Below, one piece after another: positions 18,390-28,875 of a DNA stretch of 64,000 nucleotides (its first letter is position 1; each line of letters opens with the position of its first letter). A program made the translations under genes and the position numbers. Origin of the DNA: an uncultured virus (IMG/VR IMGVR_UViG_3300032270_000355) (Duplodnaviria > Heunggongvirae > Uroviricota > Caudoviricetes); the IMG/VR virus record IMGVR_UViG_3300032270_000355. One strand, written 5' to 3'. Under the pieces are notes generated by a model. That model ran no database searches. It worked only from the letters and a program-made list of their open reading frames with translations, and was not told the origin of the DNA.

Positions 18390-19984
18390 TTATTCACTCC
18401 TTGATTATCTTGTTTACCTTGATCAGCTGGTGCTTCATCTGCTTGAGGTGCATTTGCTTGTAAGAAGTTCTGCTGTGCTGCTTGTGTCGCAGCTGCAACA
18501 GTTCCATCCATTTCAGCATGCTGCATCTGAATCTCACCATCTGCTTCCATCTGCTTGTTCATCTCTTCCATTTCTTCTTCATTCATCTGAAGAATATTCT
18601 TACGGATCCAGTCCATAGAATAAAACTTACCGATGTATGGTTCTACTAATTGTAGAGTGGCAAGTCTAGCATTAAGAATTTCATTATCTTTTAATTCAGA
18701 ATAATGATTGTCTTCGATGTAATCATATCTAATTTCATGTTTTAAATCTTCCCATTCATCGGGACGAATAATATTTTTAGCTACTAACTGAACATACAAT
18801 GCATCAGTAAATATATTAGAAAACTTCTTACGAAGACGACCAATAAATTTATGAAACTTGATCTCGTCACGAGAGATCTCAGTTGCTCGTCCAATACTAA
18901 ATCCTGCTTGTTCCTGTAAACGACCAATTGGAACATTTAAAGCATGAAATAATTTATTTTGGAAATACTCAATGTCTTGAATCTCACCAAGATTCTGACC
19001 ACCTGGAAGTGTAGTAATTTCAGTACCCTTACCACCCTCACGACGTGGCATCCAGAAATCTTCCATCATTGAAAGATGTTTTCTATCATCACGAGTTTCG
19101 CCAGTAGTGGCATCATACACAATCTTGTTACGGAATTTATTCATGATGTCCTGAACATACTGTTCAGCTTTTACTTTAGGTAAGTTACCTACATCAATGT
19201 AAAAAATTCTGCGTTCAGGTGCACGACTAATACGATAGATGACTAGAGAATCCTCAATCATCTTTAACTGATTTACTGGTTTGATTGCCTTATGTAGATA
19301 AGACATCATCATTCCAGTATTTGCATCTAAGTAACCTGATGGTACATAGACAACTGAATCTAAGGATAACTTAATACCCTGTGTAGTACTTTCAGTAATA
19401 CCTTTATCATTGTAAAGATAGTACTCTTCAATGTTCTTTATAACTTCAACACCTTGTGGTGTTTTTTCTTTAACTACGTTTTTGATACGACGAATTTTGC
19501 GAGGATCAATGTAACGTAATTCAACAATACCTTGTTTTAAATTCTTCTCATCTATTAGGATATGATAGTATAAACGACCATCAATATACCAAGTTCTAAA
19601 AGTGTCATGACCACAATCTTCAAATTTTAGAATACGTAAAATATTCCTAAACTCTTCACGAATCTTTTTCTTAATACTTTCTGAAACAGTTAGATCATCT
19701 AAGTTGATCTCTACTGATGGTTTGTGTTCATCAGTAACAATTGCTTCATTAATAATATCTTCAATCGCCATATCACAGTCACTGTATGAAGCAACTTCAC
19801 GATAACGACGAATGAGGTCATTTTCATTCTTAACGACCCCATCCAGATCCATGACCATACCGTAATAACCACCAGCATTTACGCCAGTATTTATTACGGT
19901 TGCGCCATCTTGAGGACTTGGAGGTACTACACTTCCAAGTTCTTTCTCTTTTTTACGACTTATCTCGAAGCCAAAAAATTGCAT
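18386..19984 (-). CDS. gp20: Portal protein (gp20)
   Basis: YIDGRLYYH, LRYIDPRKI, IYRISRAPERRIFYIDVGNLPK, EDFWMPRREGGKGTEITTLPGGQNLG. Confidence 0.98.
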   Translation of the reverse strand: MQFFGFEISRKKEKELGSVVPPSPQDGATVINTGVNAGGYYGMVMDLDGVVKNENDLIRRYREVASYSDCDMAIEDIINEAIVTDEHKPSVEINLDDLTVSESIKKKIREEFRNILRILKFEDCGHDTFRTWYIDGRLYYHILIDEKNLKQGIVELRYIDPRKIRRIKNVVKEKTPQGVEVIKNIEEYYLYNDKGITESTTQGIKLSLDSVVYVPSGYLDANTGMMMSYLHKAIKPVNQLKMIEDSLVIYRISRAPERRIFYIDVGNLPKVKAEQYVQDIMNKFRNKIVYDATTGETRDDRKHLSMMEDFWMPRREGGKGTEITTLPGGQNLGEIQDIEYFQNKLFHALNVPIGRLQEQAGFSIGRATEISRDEIKFHKFIGRLRKKFSNIFTDALYVQLVAKNIIRPDEWEDLKHEIRYDYIEDNHYSELKDNEILNARLATLQLVEPYIGKFYSMDWIRKNILQMNEEEMEEMNKQMEADGEIQMQHAEMDGTVAAATQAAQQNFLQANAPQADEAPADQGKQDNQGVNK

Positions 19985-20004
19985 TATATAAACCTTCGGT
20001 TAAA

Positions 20005-20592
20005 TTATAGAGGAATAGATCCAACTGGTGTGTCGATAGAAACATTAACTCCAAAGCCACCAGATGCACCTGTAGCAGATGTAAAGAAGTTGTATTGGAA
20101 CTCTACATCAAACTGTTCAATAGCATTTTGCTGTTCGTAATCTAAACCAATAGCAGAAATGTTAGTAGGATAAGCATCAACGAACTTATAAGTCTTGATG
20201 ATAGAACCAGAACGATCTAATTGATGCACTTGCATATCAACTTGATAGTCTGTTGGGTTTGTGCGACCAAGAGTAGTGTCATAATTCTGGATACCAGATT
20301 GCCACTGTTCTAGTGCATTACGAATACCGAAAGTAGTATCGTTGTAAATTGTTACAGTCCATGGTTGGAATGTACGCTCACCAGCAAAGTTAACTGGGCG
20401 ACCTTTGAAGAGAACAGAGATGTTCTCTAAAGTAGAAGCAGGTAACTGAGCAGCCTTACACAAAAACTGTGCACGCTGACCAGCTACTGGACCAAGTGTA
20501 ACAAATGATGGAAAAGATAATTCAACTCTAAACTGATTCGGACGAGCACCGCCCCCGATCATCTGTGATTTGAAATCAGCAATATTTGCCAT
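20005..20592 (-). CDS. gp19: Tail tube protein (gp19)
   Basis: GGARPNQFRV, AGERTFQPWTVTIYND, AYPTNIS, IEQFDVEFQY. Confidence 0.95.
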   Translation of the reverse strand: MANIADFKSQMIGGGARPNQFRVELSFPSFVTLGPVAGQRAQFLCKAAQLPASTLENISVLFKGRPVNFAGERTFQPWTVTIYNDTTFGIRNALEQWQSGIQNYDTTLGRTNPTDYQVDMQVHQLDRSGSIIKTYKFVDAYPTNISAIGLDYEQQNAIEQFDVEFQYNFFTSATGASGGFGVNVSIDTPVGSIPL

Positions 20593-20616
20593 TTAATTCT
20601 CCTTTGTTCTTTTCTT

Positions 20617-20624
20617 TATTTATT
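20617..20624 (-). promoter_or_regulatory. Late promoter box AATAAATA upstream of gp19
   Basis: TAAATA box ahead of a GGAG SD. Confidence 0.55.
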
Positions 20625-20629
20625 CTGAA

Positions 20630-22972
20630 TTACGCACCGACTTCGCTGAAGTTAATTCCAGAGCGAGCAGCAACAAAGTTCAAAGTAATGTAGTTGATAG
20701 AACGATTTGGCTTAACAAAAATATCAGCAACAAATTCATTTGCATCAATAACCTGTCCTGTGTTGTTCGAATCATCACACTTAACTCTAAAGTCTGTAAT
20801 ACCACGACGACCTTGGACATCACGTAGGAATGGCTCGATCAAGTTCTTAAACTGTGCACGAGTGAAAGGATCATTGAATTCAAACAACTGGAATTTAGCA
20901 GCTGTAGCAATCGCCTTTTCCATAACGATAAACAAACGACGCACGTTAATACGATCGAACGCACTTGGTTTAGCCAAGAGAGTCTTGTCACCGAATAGAA
21001 CTGTACCTTCTCCTGGGAAAGTAACAACTGGGTTTACACCAGCTTTGTACAATAGATCACGATCTGCTTTAGTAGGATTGTGTGCTAATTTAACAACACT
21101 CTTAATCTGACCACGATTTAGACCACCTGGAGAGAACCATGGATCTTGTTGGTAATCAGTGCGAGCACATAGACCAGCAATGTCACCATTCAATGGGATC
21201 CAACGATATACGTCATTGTAACGATCGTATTGGTATTTGTAACCAGAATCCAACACAGCATAAGAAGTGCTTGGGAGTGCATTACGGTAAGCAATGATAG
21301 CAGTTGTAGAAGCAGAACCAGAACCAATAATTGGATCACCAGTAGAATTATTCTGTGGAGATGCAAACACTACGCAATCAAGACGAGTTTCTGCAACTGA
21401 TCCGATAACAGCAGTAGTTGTAGCTGCATCTGCTTTACCCATCATAACTAATGAGATATCATAAGCAGCATCATCAGCAAACAATGCATAAGCAGTTTGT
21501 AGTTGACCAGCAGTAGCAGTCAATCCATCAACACCACCAGACAATTGACGAGTGATAGCTGTACCAACAGTAACAAAAGCACCTCCAACAACTGCAGTAC
21601 TTCCCCAATCTGTACCTGCTGCTGTATGATCCATCCAGTAGATATATTCTGAGTTTGTATTGATTACATTTTTGTAGTAGTTATTAGTACCATCAGACTT
21701 TTTCGCATCAGATGCTTTAGAAACAAACGCAAATTTTTCTAGTACATAACCTGGAACTCCAGTGAAGTAACCAAGTTGATCGATAACAACAATATGAACT
21801 TCATCTTGAGAAGAACTGTTGTTTGCTGCATATGTTGAAGTAGAAGGAGCAGCATCAAAGTTTGCTGCATAAGTCCAACCAGCAAAAGATGCAGAGTCAG
21901 CCAGAGAAACTAATAGTGAGTTTCCTAAAGTTCCAGGACAACGTGCAGCAAATTCGCCAACAACAGCTTGTCCATTAGCATAAGCAGCCAAGTAATCATT
22001 ATTGTTATTAATCTTTAGACCACCAACAGTAATAGTACTAGTTGCTGTTGCTTGACTGCTAACGAACAATAATGTAGCAGAACCATTCGCTGCAGTAGAA
22101 GATGTATGAGTTGGACCAGTAGAACCTGTAGTTCCAGCTACTGTGACTGTATACAATCTGTTACCGAAAGAAAGATAAGCATTTTGAGCCACTGCTGTAG
22201 TAGCTGTCCATGCAGTTCCCTGATCGGAACCAGCAAAAGCGACTGATATATTTGGAGCAGATGTGTAACCAGATCCAGCAGAAGTTACTGTGATACCAGT
22301 AATAGTAGCAGTTCCTAGAGAAACTGTACCGATCGTTGCATTAGTACCATTACCAGTAATGTTAATAGTTGGAGCAGTTGTGTAACCAGATCCACCATTC
22401 GAAACAACTATAGCAGTAATTACACCACCAGAAATAGTGGCAGTACCAGTAGCAGTAACACCACCCGCAACTTGAGGTGCACTAAATGTTAGCGTTGCTG
22501 CAGTATAACCTGTACCACCATTTGAAAGAGTGACACCAGTAACAGAAGCACCAGAAGAAATTGCAGTACCAGTAGCAGCTACACCACCTGTAATTTGAGG
22601 TGCGCTAAAAGTAACAGCAGGTAAAAGAGTTGCATCGTAACCACTACCAGCAGTAGCCATAGTCACTGATGTAACTGTACCAGTTTGAGTAGCAACTGCA
22701 TTTCTAGCTGCAGTTACGTCTGCACGAGAAATTAAGAGAGCATTTGTGTATGACAGGAAGTTCGCTGCAGTAAAAAAGGCTTGCGCATTCGCATCAGTTG
22801 GTTTACCGAAGTAACGAACTAATTCGTTCTCGGAACTAACCTGAGTAGGAGCCAAAACTGGACCCCATTGGAAAGCACCAGCAAACGCTCCACGAGAGCT
22901 AGATACAGCTGGAACGATCGATGTGTAATCTTTTTCTACGACTGCAACGCCTGGAGATAATTGGAAAGGCAT
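20630..22972 (-). CDS. gp18: Tail sheath protein (gp18) with inserted beta-rich modules
   Basis: LSPGVAVVEKD, FQWGP, PWFSPGG, FGDKT, FDRINVRRLF, FEFNDPFTR, KPNRSINYITLNF. Confidence 0.97.
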   Translation of the reverse strand: MPFQLSPGVAVVEKDYTSIVPAVSSSRGAFAGAFQWGPVLAPTQVSSENELVRYFGKPTDANAQAFFTAANFLSYTNALLISRADVTAARNAVATQTGTVTSVTMATAGSGYDATLLPAVTFSAPQITGGVAATGTAISSGASVTGVTLSNGGTGYTAATLTFSAPQVAGGVTATGTATISGGVITAIVVSNGGSGYTTAPTINITGNGTNATIGTVSLGTATITGITVTSAGSGYTSAPNISVAFAGSDQGTAWTATTAVAQNAYLSFGNRLYTVTVAGTTGSTGPTHTSSTAANGSATLLFVSSQATATSTITVGGLKINNNNDYLAAYANGQAVVGEFAARCPGTLGNSLLVSLADSASFAGWTYAANFDAAPSTSTYAANNSSSQDEVHIVVIDQLGYFTGVPGYVLEKFAFVSKASDAKKSDGTNNYYKNVINTNSEYIYWMDHTAAGTDWGSTAVVGGAFVTVGTAITRQLSGGVDGLTATAGQLQTAYALFADDAAYDISLVMMGKADAATTTAVIGSVAETRLDCVVFASPQNNSTGDPIIGSGSASTTAIIAYRNALPSTSYAVLDSGYKYQYDRYNDVYRWIPLNGDIAGLCARTDYQQDPWFSPGGLNRGQIKSVVKLAHNPTKADRDLLYKAGVNPVVTFPGEGTVLFGDKTLLAKPSAFDRINVRRLFIVMEKAIATAAKFQLFEFNDPFTRAQFKNLIEPFLRDVQGRRGITDFRVKCDDSNNTGQVIDANEFVADIFVKPNRSINYITLNFVAARSGINFSEVGA

Positions 22973-23028
22973 TGTAATTCTCCTTGTTAATAAGTTTTTA
23001 CTTTAGACAGAAAATCGTGTCTACATTT

Positions 23029-23036
23029 TATTTAGT
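23029..23036 (-). promoter_or_regulatory. Late promoter box ACTAAATA upstream of gp18
   Basis: TAAATA box followed by a short TAGACA/TGTCTA hairpin. Confidence 0.6.
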
Positions 23037-23053
23037 TTTTACAAGTTTTCAAT

Positions 23054-24631
23054 TCAAAAATTCAGTGGAGCCTTTTCAGGACTTCCATCGTCATAGAATC
23101 CGAATGGTGTCAATTCCTCTTCAATAGCTTGTATTTGCTTTTTATACATAATTTCTCTAAGGTTAACATTATTTAGGTCTTTGAAATACGGCTGAGTTGT
23201 GACCCATCCAAAGAGTACCAAAGGCATTACCAAATCATCGTGATATCCTTCATCAGCAGCATATGATCCTTTAACTTCTATAAATGTTGAAATTTCAGAA
23301 ATCGTATCTGCATCGGTTACAAGTAACTTGTTTTCTTCGATCAATGATTTGAAGTTGTGACATCCAATTCTTTTGATCTTTTTATCAGTATTGACACCTA
23401 GTTGAGTTTTACCTCCACCAAATCCTCCACCGATATACTGACCCATAGTATGGCGATTAACGAATAGAAGATTTTCATATTCTAATTCTGAGTATAAGAT
23501 ATGGGCGACCTGTTCACTCGAGTTAATTTCTATTAATACGTATGCTTCGTTGTATTCTTTGCCCACTTTGTATATCACATTGGGATATAAGAGAGGACTA
23601 ATATCATTCTTTCTGTATTTTGCGACTGTTCTATATGGAACTTCTGTTATATCTATTAATTGAAATGCTGAATAGTCACCACCAACACCTTTTGCTACGT
23701 CACAGACCATACAATAAGTATGTCCAGCCTGTGGCTTAACATAAACATCCAATCCATCTTTTGTATAGATGATAGGATCGACTGGCATCTTGGCGATAAC
23801 ATCTGCAGAGATTAGTGTTAAACTAGAACCAAGGAATTTACAAGCAACCTCTTGGTTATATTTAAGTTCACCAAGCATGGCTTTCTGTTCAGCTGCCCAC
23901 TTGTCATCACGACCTGGAATTTCCCAATAAGGAATGAACAATGGCGTAAATCCATTGCGACCATTTTCAGCATCATTCCAGAATTTCCAGAAATGATTAT
24001 AGCCGAGTGGCGTAGAAGATAAAAGAATCTTAGTAGTCTGTCCAGCAGAAATCGTTGGATAAACAGATGTAAAGAATTCCTCAGCAACCTGATTTGGAAT
24101 AATCGCAGCTTCGTCAACATAAAGTAAGTTAACAGATTTACCACGAATACCAGAAGCAGAAGTTGCTGAAGTAAATACTTTAGATCCATTCTCTAGTTCA
24201 ATATCACCTTTGTTCCAAGTAGTTACACCTTGTTGCATCCATTGAGGAAGCAATTCATACATAGTTTGATAACGATTTAAAACTTCACGAGCAGATGTGG
24301 CTTTGTTGGCCAAAATCGCCACAGTTTTGTTTGCTTGAAATAAGGTATACCATAAAATGTATGCAGCCGATGTAGTCGTCTTACCCTGCTGACGACCTTC
24401 CATTAAAATTACACGACGATTCTGATGGATTATGTGTAGTTTATTTTTCTGACAATCATACAGTTTAAACAACTGAAGACCATGGTCAAGTGTAACAATA
24501 TAGCAATAGTTTTCAATAAAGTAAACATAATCTTGAGAACACTTAATATACTCTTGAATATTTTCTGGAGTAAATTGTACAGTTACACCAGCAGCTTTTA
24601 AGTTCGAATTCGAATTATAAATTTCAGCCAT
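23054..24631 (-). CDS. gp17: Terminase large subunit (gp17)
   Basis: GRQQGKTT, LYVDEAA, SSTPLG, DVAKGVGGDYS, GYHDDLVM. Confidence 0.97.
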   Translation of the reverse strand: MAEIYNSNSNLKAAGVTVQFTPENIQEYIKCSQDYVYFIENYCYIVTLDHGLQLFKLYDCQKNKLHIIHQNRRVILMEGRQQGKTTTSAAYILWYTLFQANKTVAILANKATSAREVLNRYQTMYELLPQWMQQGVTTWNKGDIELENGSKVFTSATSASGIRGKSVNLLYVDEAAIIPNQVAEEFFTSVYPTISAGQTTKILLSSTPLGYNHFWKFWNDAENGRNGFTPLFIPYWEIPGRDDKWAAEQKAMLGELKYNQEVACKFLGSSLTLISADVIAKMPVDPIIYTKDGLDVYVKPQAGHTYCMVCDVAKGVGGDYSAFQLIDITEVPYRTVAKYRKNDISPLLYPNVIYKVGKEYNEAYVLIEINSSEQVAHILYSELEYENLLFVNRHTMGQYIGGGFGGGKTQLGVNTDKKIKRIGCHNFKSLIEENKLLVTDADTISEISTFIEVKGSYAADEGYHDDLVMPLVLFGWVTTQPYFKDLNNVNLREIMYKKQIQAIEEELTPFGFYDDGSPEKAPLNF

Positions 24632-24633
24632 GT

Positions 24634-25377
24634 TTAGAAATTCGAAGTCCAGTCTTCTGTCGCTACAGTAGCTGTGGTAACATCACCTTCTGCAGTATAA
24701 ACTCTATTTGCATTTGCAAAGTTTTCATTTTGACCAACATTGGCATACACAGTACCAATAACTCCTTGATTTGACATTGGTCCAAATAGGTTTAATTTCA
24801 TTTGGAAATTTAATGTATGAACCACTGATCTTCTAGTTTGAAAATCGCCATCGTATTCATCTTGTACTTGAATAGAATTTAATACAATGGGAACATCAAT
24901 AACAACACCCATATCTGGCACAGCATTAACACTTAATGTATACTCTGGTGTGAATGTTGGGAGAATCTGTTCGATAATTTGAAGACCATCTTCTTGTGTT
25001 TTAGTTAACACATACAAAGAAATATCTAAGTTGTATGGGACTGGTGTGTACATAACTGATTTGTTAAGACTATTACCAGATTTAATCTGCTGCATACGAT
25101 TAGTCTTACGAGCAGCATCATAATTGTAACCAGTGATCTCAAAAGACATTCTTGGGAGAACAGTGTTTACATTATTTTCTAAAGTTGGATCTCCATCAAT
25201 TCTAACTAACCATTTTTCTTTTGGTGCATAGGCAAGAGGAATCTGCAAACGCTGTAGTGTAGATCCAGTAACAGAGTCACCCTGTTTGCGATCAATATAG
25301 ATGTCGCTGAATAAACGACCAAAAGCAACAATGCTTTTTCGAATTATTCCATGATAGTATACGTTATCGTTAAGCAT
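24634..25377 (-). CDS. gp15: Tail sheath terminator / completion protein (gp15)
   Basis: AFGRLFSDI, PLAYAPKEK, LPRMSFE, QIIEQILPTFTP, DEYDGDFQTRR. Confidence 0.93.
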   Translation of the reverse strand: MLNDNVYYHGIIRKSIVAFGRLFSDIYIDRKQGDSVTGSTLQRLQIPLAYAPKEKWLVRIDGDPTLENNVNTVLPRMSFEITGYNYDAARKTNRMQQIKSGNSLNKSVMYTPVPYNLDISLYVLTKTQEDGLQIIEQILPTFTPEYTLSVNAVPDMGVVIDVPIVLNSIQVQDEYDGDFQTRRSVVHTLNFQMKLNLFGPMSNQGVIGTVYANVGQNENFANANRVYTAEGDVTTATVATEDWTSNF

Positions 25378-26296
25378 TGTTTATTTCACCGAATGGATTT
25401 GATTCATCAAAATTAATAACATTAACAGATTCTTTCTTGAATGTATTATTGTCAGCGAAAGAGTCTGCTGCTTTGTCTATATTAGTCTCGATAGTAGCAG
25501 TTGCTGCAGCATTTATACCACCGCCACCAACGAAACTAATTACTGGAGCGACTTGATAACCAGTTCCAGGATTTGTTATATCAACACGAATGATCTTATT
25601 GGCAGTAACCCCAGTACCACGAACTGCAGTACCTGCTGCACCAACTCCACTACTACTTGTGAATACAACAGTGGGTACAGATGTGTATCCAGATCCCTGA
25701 TTGGTCATAGTAATACCAAAAACCTCACCACGAGAACTTCTGGTAGTATTAGTTGTGAATGATTTTAGAGATTCGAATGCATCTACAGCAGGTATACCAG
25801 TATCGATAAACTCAGAAGCATATTGAAACAATTCGATTTGCAGTTTGTAAACATAAAGTTTACCGAGTTGATAGAATGGATCTTGATGTTGAACAAATTT
25901 GATTTCAAACAATCCTTTTGATAGTGGAAAGTAAATCAAATCACCTTCGTTTGGGCGACTTGGAATTGTAGTTACTCCATAACGACCAACAAACTGTTCC
26001 CATCTTCTGCGTGCACAAACTAGAGTGGCAGATTGTTCAATCATTAAACCAAACTTCTGAATAAAAGCACCTTGTCCTGCAAACGAGTCTACATTCTCGA
26101 AGTACATTTCAATAGGAAATGCAGACTTAAATTGAGAGAGACGATCTTCACCAAGAATGTTATCTTTAGAAACAAGAGTTCTGGGAATGTACATAACTTC
26201 GTTACCGTAAATACGTAACGATTCTATGATCAAATCCTCAATTAGGAACTGTTCGTTTTTAGTTCCCTGAGAGAAATAAACATTTGTTGTTGACAT
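25370..26296 (-). CDS. gp14: Neck protein (gp14)
   Basis: IESLRIYG, YIPR, RPNEGDLIYFP, FEIKFV, PFYQLGK, FDESNPFG. Confidence 0.93.
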   Translation of the reverse strand: MSTTNVYFSQGTKNEQFLIEDLIIESLRIYGNEVMYIPRTLVSKDNILGEDRLSQFKSAFPIEMYFENVDSFAGQGAFIQKFGLMIEQSATLVCARRRWEQFVGRYGVTTIPSRPNEGDLIYFPLSKGLFEIKFVQHQDPFYQLGKLYVYKLQIELFQYASEFIDTGIPAVDAFESLKSFTTNTTRSSRGEVFGITMTNQGSGYTSVPTVVFTSSSGVGAAGTAVRGTGVTANKIIRVDITNPGTGYQVAPVISFVGGGGINAAATATIETNIDKAADSFADNNTFKKESVNVINFDESNPFGEINNA

Positions 26297-26297
26297 T

Positions 26298-27257
26298 TTA
26301 ACCCATTATGAAGTTTAGTGGAGCAGACTTGGTAATTAAATCTTGTTCTAACATTTGTATTTCTGCAATTGCTTCTTGGTATAGTGTATCGCCATCTAAA
26401 ACAACTCCACCTGGAAGTTGAATACCTTTGAATTTCTTAAGGTTTGTTCCCCATTGTTTCTTAAACAATGCAGATGTATATTTCTTTAGCCAAGTCTCGT
26501 TCCAAACTTTAGACCAAGTGGTAGGATCCATTGCACGATATCCTTTGATGATTATGTAATCACCAAGAAATACATCTGAGTCCCAGTTGATGTCCAAGTA
26601 CATACGATCTTGGAGTCTATTAAATCTAAAATCTGCTTTACCATTTAGAGTCCAATCAAGTAAGTCTAAATGCTGCATGACAGTTGTATAGTAAATGATT
26701 GATGTAGAAGTTAGATCATACAAGTCATTTAAACGCAACTGGTATTGTAAGTCGAACATATTCTTAGAAGAAGATGCCTGACCAATGTTAAGAATACCAG
26801 TAATACCCCAAACATAATCTGGGACAATTATGTATTTGTTATCGTACTCTCTTAGAGTAATAGAACTAAGAGTAGCATTATGTCCAGCAGAACCAGTAAT
26901 TGCTTCGCCTGCAGTAAATGTTCCAGTGACCTTTTTAACTAATAGTAATGTTCCATTAGATTTTCTTTGAGATTCTACGCAAACTGTTGCCTTTGCTCCA
27001 GAAGAAACACCTGTAATTATTTCACCAGTATCAAATGTACTAGCCACACTAGCTGTTAGGGTGATCTCAGAAGCACGTATAAGTTGTTTTAGATAAACTT
27101 CTTCAATACCATCATAGTGATATTGTCTCCAATAATCTAACGATTCATCAATACGATCTTCTAGTTGATCATCATCTACGTTAATTTCGAGTACAGGTGC
27201 ACCCAAGTCACGGAGACAGTATTGTTTTAAACCTTCTCTAGTTGTTGGGATTGCCAT
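26298..27257 (-). CDS. gp13: Neck protein (gp13)
   Basis: YCLRDLGAPVLEINVDDDQLEDRID, WLKKYTSALFKKQWGTNLKKF, LPGGVVLDG. Confidence 0.95.
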   Translation of the reverse strand: MAIPTTREGLKQYCLRDLGAPVLEINVDDDQLEDRIDESLDYWRQYHYDGIEEVYLKQLIRASEITLTASVASTFDTGEIITGVSSGAKATVCVESQRKSNGTLLLVKKVTGTFTAGEAITGSAGHNATLSSITLREYDNKYIIVPDYVWGITGILNIGQASSSKNMFDLQYQLRLNDLYDLTSTSIIYYTTVMQHLDLLDWTLNGKADFRFNRLQDRMYLDINWDSDVFLGDYIIIKGYRAMDPTTWSKVWNETWLKKYTSALFKKQWGTNLKKFKGIQLPGGVVLDGDTLYQEAIAEIQMLEQDLITKSAPLNFIMG

Positions 27258-27260
27258 ATA

Positions 27261-28847
27261 TTATACCTTGAATAAAGTTGCTTGACCTTTTATTGCAGCG
27301 GTTCCAGAAGAACAAGTCGCAAAGATCGTTAAAGTACCAGCAGAGATAGAGCTACTAAATGTAGTATTAGTAGTTGCGCTTTGCATTTCAGTGGCAACAG
27401 TGTAGTTTTCGTTGAATGTTACGTTAGTGCCATCATGCATAAACAACATTTCCATAATTCTATATGCAGAGCCATTAACTACTTGCATAGTAACTTTACC
27501 AGAACGATATGTGGCAATTGGAATAGCCAACATAGCATTTGCGCCAGTTCCAGTAGTTGTTAATTTGAAAAATCTTGTTGTTGCGATGGCTTCATCAGTC
27601 TGCCATCCAGTTGCATCAGTCCAACTGATAGTCTTATCAGTCGCACCCTTAAGAGTAATACCACCACCAGATGCAGTAATATCAGATGGCGTAGCTACAG
27701 AACCAAGTTCAATATTAATATCATCAACTGTTAAAATAGTTGAGTTAACTGTAGTAGTTGTACCATTAACAGTAAGGTTACCAGTAATAACTACGTTTGC
27801 GTTATTGATAGTTGCTGTGCCAGTAGAAGCACCGATAGAAAGAGTAGTAGCAGCACCGAAAGCATTTACAGTTGTAGCTGTAGTGTTAAAGACGTTTTGA
27901 GTAGTCTGAGTACCAACCAAAGTGCCAGTATAATCTTTAAGGTTAGTTCTGTTCCACTGACCAACCTGCTGTGCTGCATTACCTGCAGCATTCTCAGCAA
28001 AGAAATCTAGATCACCATTAGAAGCATTAGCAGCAGTTTCTGCTTGAATATATGTAAACTTATCTACAGAAGATACACCACCAAGAGAAGACCATGCACC
28101 AGATGAATAACCCTCAAACGAAGTTATTGTAGAGTTATAACGAACCATACCAGCAGCAGGAGAAACTGGACGATTACCAGTTGTACCCACTGGAAGTGTC
28201 CAATGGCTAGTACCAGTAGCTGCAATAATATTCATACCAGCTAAACTAGTAGAAGAACTACCCAGAGAAATAACAGTAGAGCCGATTGTTACGTCTGCAG
28301 TTGCCCAAGTAGGTGCATAACCAGCACCAGCAGAGCGCAAGAATGTACCTGACGCACCAGCAGTAATGAATGTAGATAAACTTGTATCCGCTTGGATAAT
28401 TAACTGACCAGCAGAACCACCAGCAATGTTAGTTGCAGTCGTAGCAACAGTCGCAGTACCAGCTGAGATAGAAGAAGCAGCAACGAATGTCGGAGCACCA
28501 GTACCACCAGAAACTAGAATTTGCCCAGAAGTACCTGCTGCAGAAAGAGCAAGACCACTAGCAGTAGAATATGCAATAGCACCAGCTGCTGCAGAAAGAG
28601 CAGAACCAGTACCACCATATCCCAAACCAACAGCATTACCCTGCCATACAGAACCAGTACTAAATGTTTTATTTAAAGCAGTTTGTGCAGAGATGTTATT
28701 AAGCATCTGCGAACCACCACCTGCAGTAGTTCCATCGTGTAAGCGAAGCGTTTTAAGGTCGGTGTCAACAGACAATTCACCCTGCGCTCCAGTGAACGCA
28801 TTATTTTGTGTAGTTGTACCTCGTCTAAATTGTACTTGTGTTGACAT
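27261..28847 (-). CDS. Tail-fibre-like structural protein with Mtd-N-type N-terminal domain
   Basis: QVQFRRGTT...FTGAQGELSVDTD...LRLHDG start; Thr/Gly/Ala-rich; LPVGTTGNRP...GMVRYNS motif. Confidence 0.75.
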   Translation of the reverse strand: MSTQVQFRRGTTTQNNAFTGAQGELSVDTDLKTLRLHDGTTAGGGSQMLNNISAQTALNKTFSTGSVWQGNAVGLGYGGTGSALSAAAGAIAYSTASGLALSAAGTSGQILVSGGTGAPTFVAASSISAGTATVATTATNIAGGSAGQLIIQADTSLSTFITAGASGTFLRSAGAGYAPTWATADVTIGSTVISLGSSSTSLAGMNIIAATGTSHWTLPVGTTGNRPVSPAAGMVRYNSTITSFEGYSSGAWSSLGGVSSVDKFTYIQAETAANASNGDLDFFAENAAGNAAQQVGQWNRTNLKDYTGTLVGTQTTQNVFNTTATTVNAFGAATTLSIGASTGTATINNANVVITGNLTVNGTTTTVNSTILTVDDINIELGSVATPSDITASGGGITLKGATDKTISWTDATGWQTDEAIATTRFFKLTTTGTGANAMLAIPIATYRSGKVTMQVVNGSAYRIMEMLFMHDGTNVTFNENYTVATEMQSATTNTTFSSSISAGTLTIFATCSSGTAAIKGQATLFKV

Positions 28848-28867
28848 AGTTTTCCTCTAATTCAATA

Positions 28868-28875
28868 TATTTAGG
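28868..28875 (-). promoter_or_regulatory. Late promoter box CCTAAATA
   Basis: TAAATA box upstream of the 27261-28847 gene. Confidence 0.55.
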
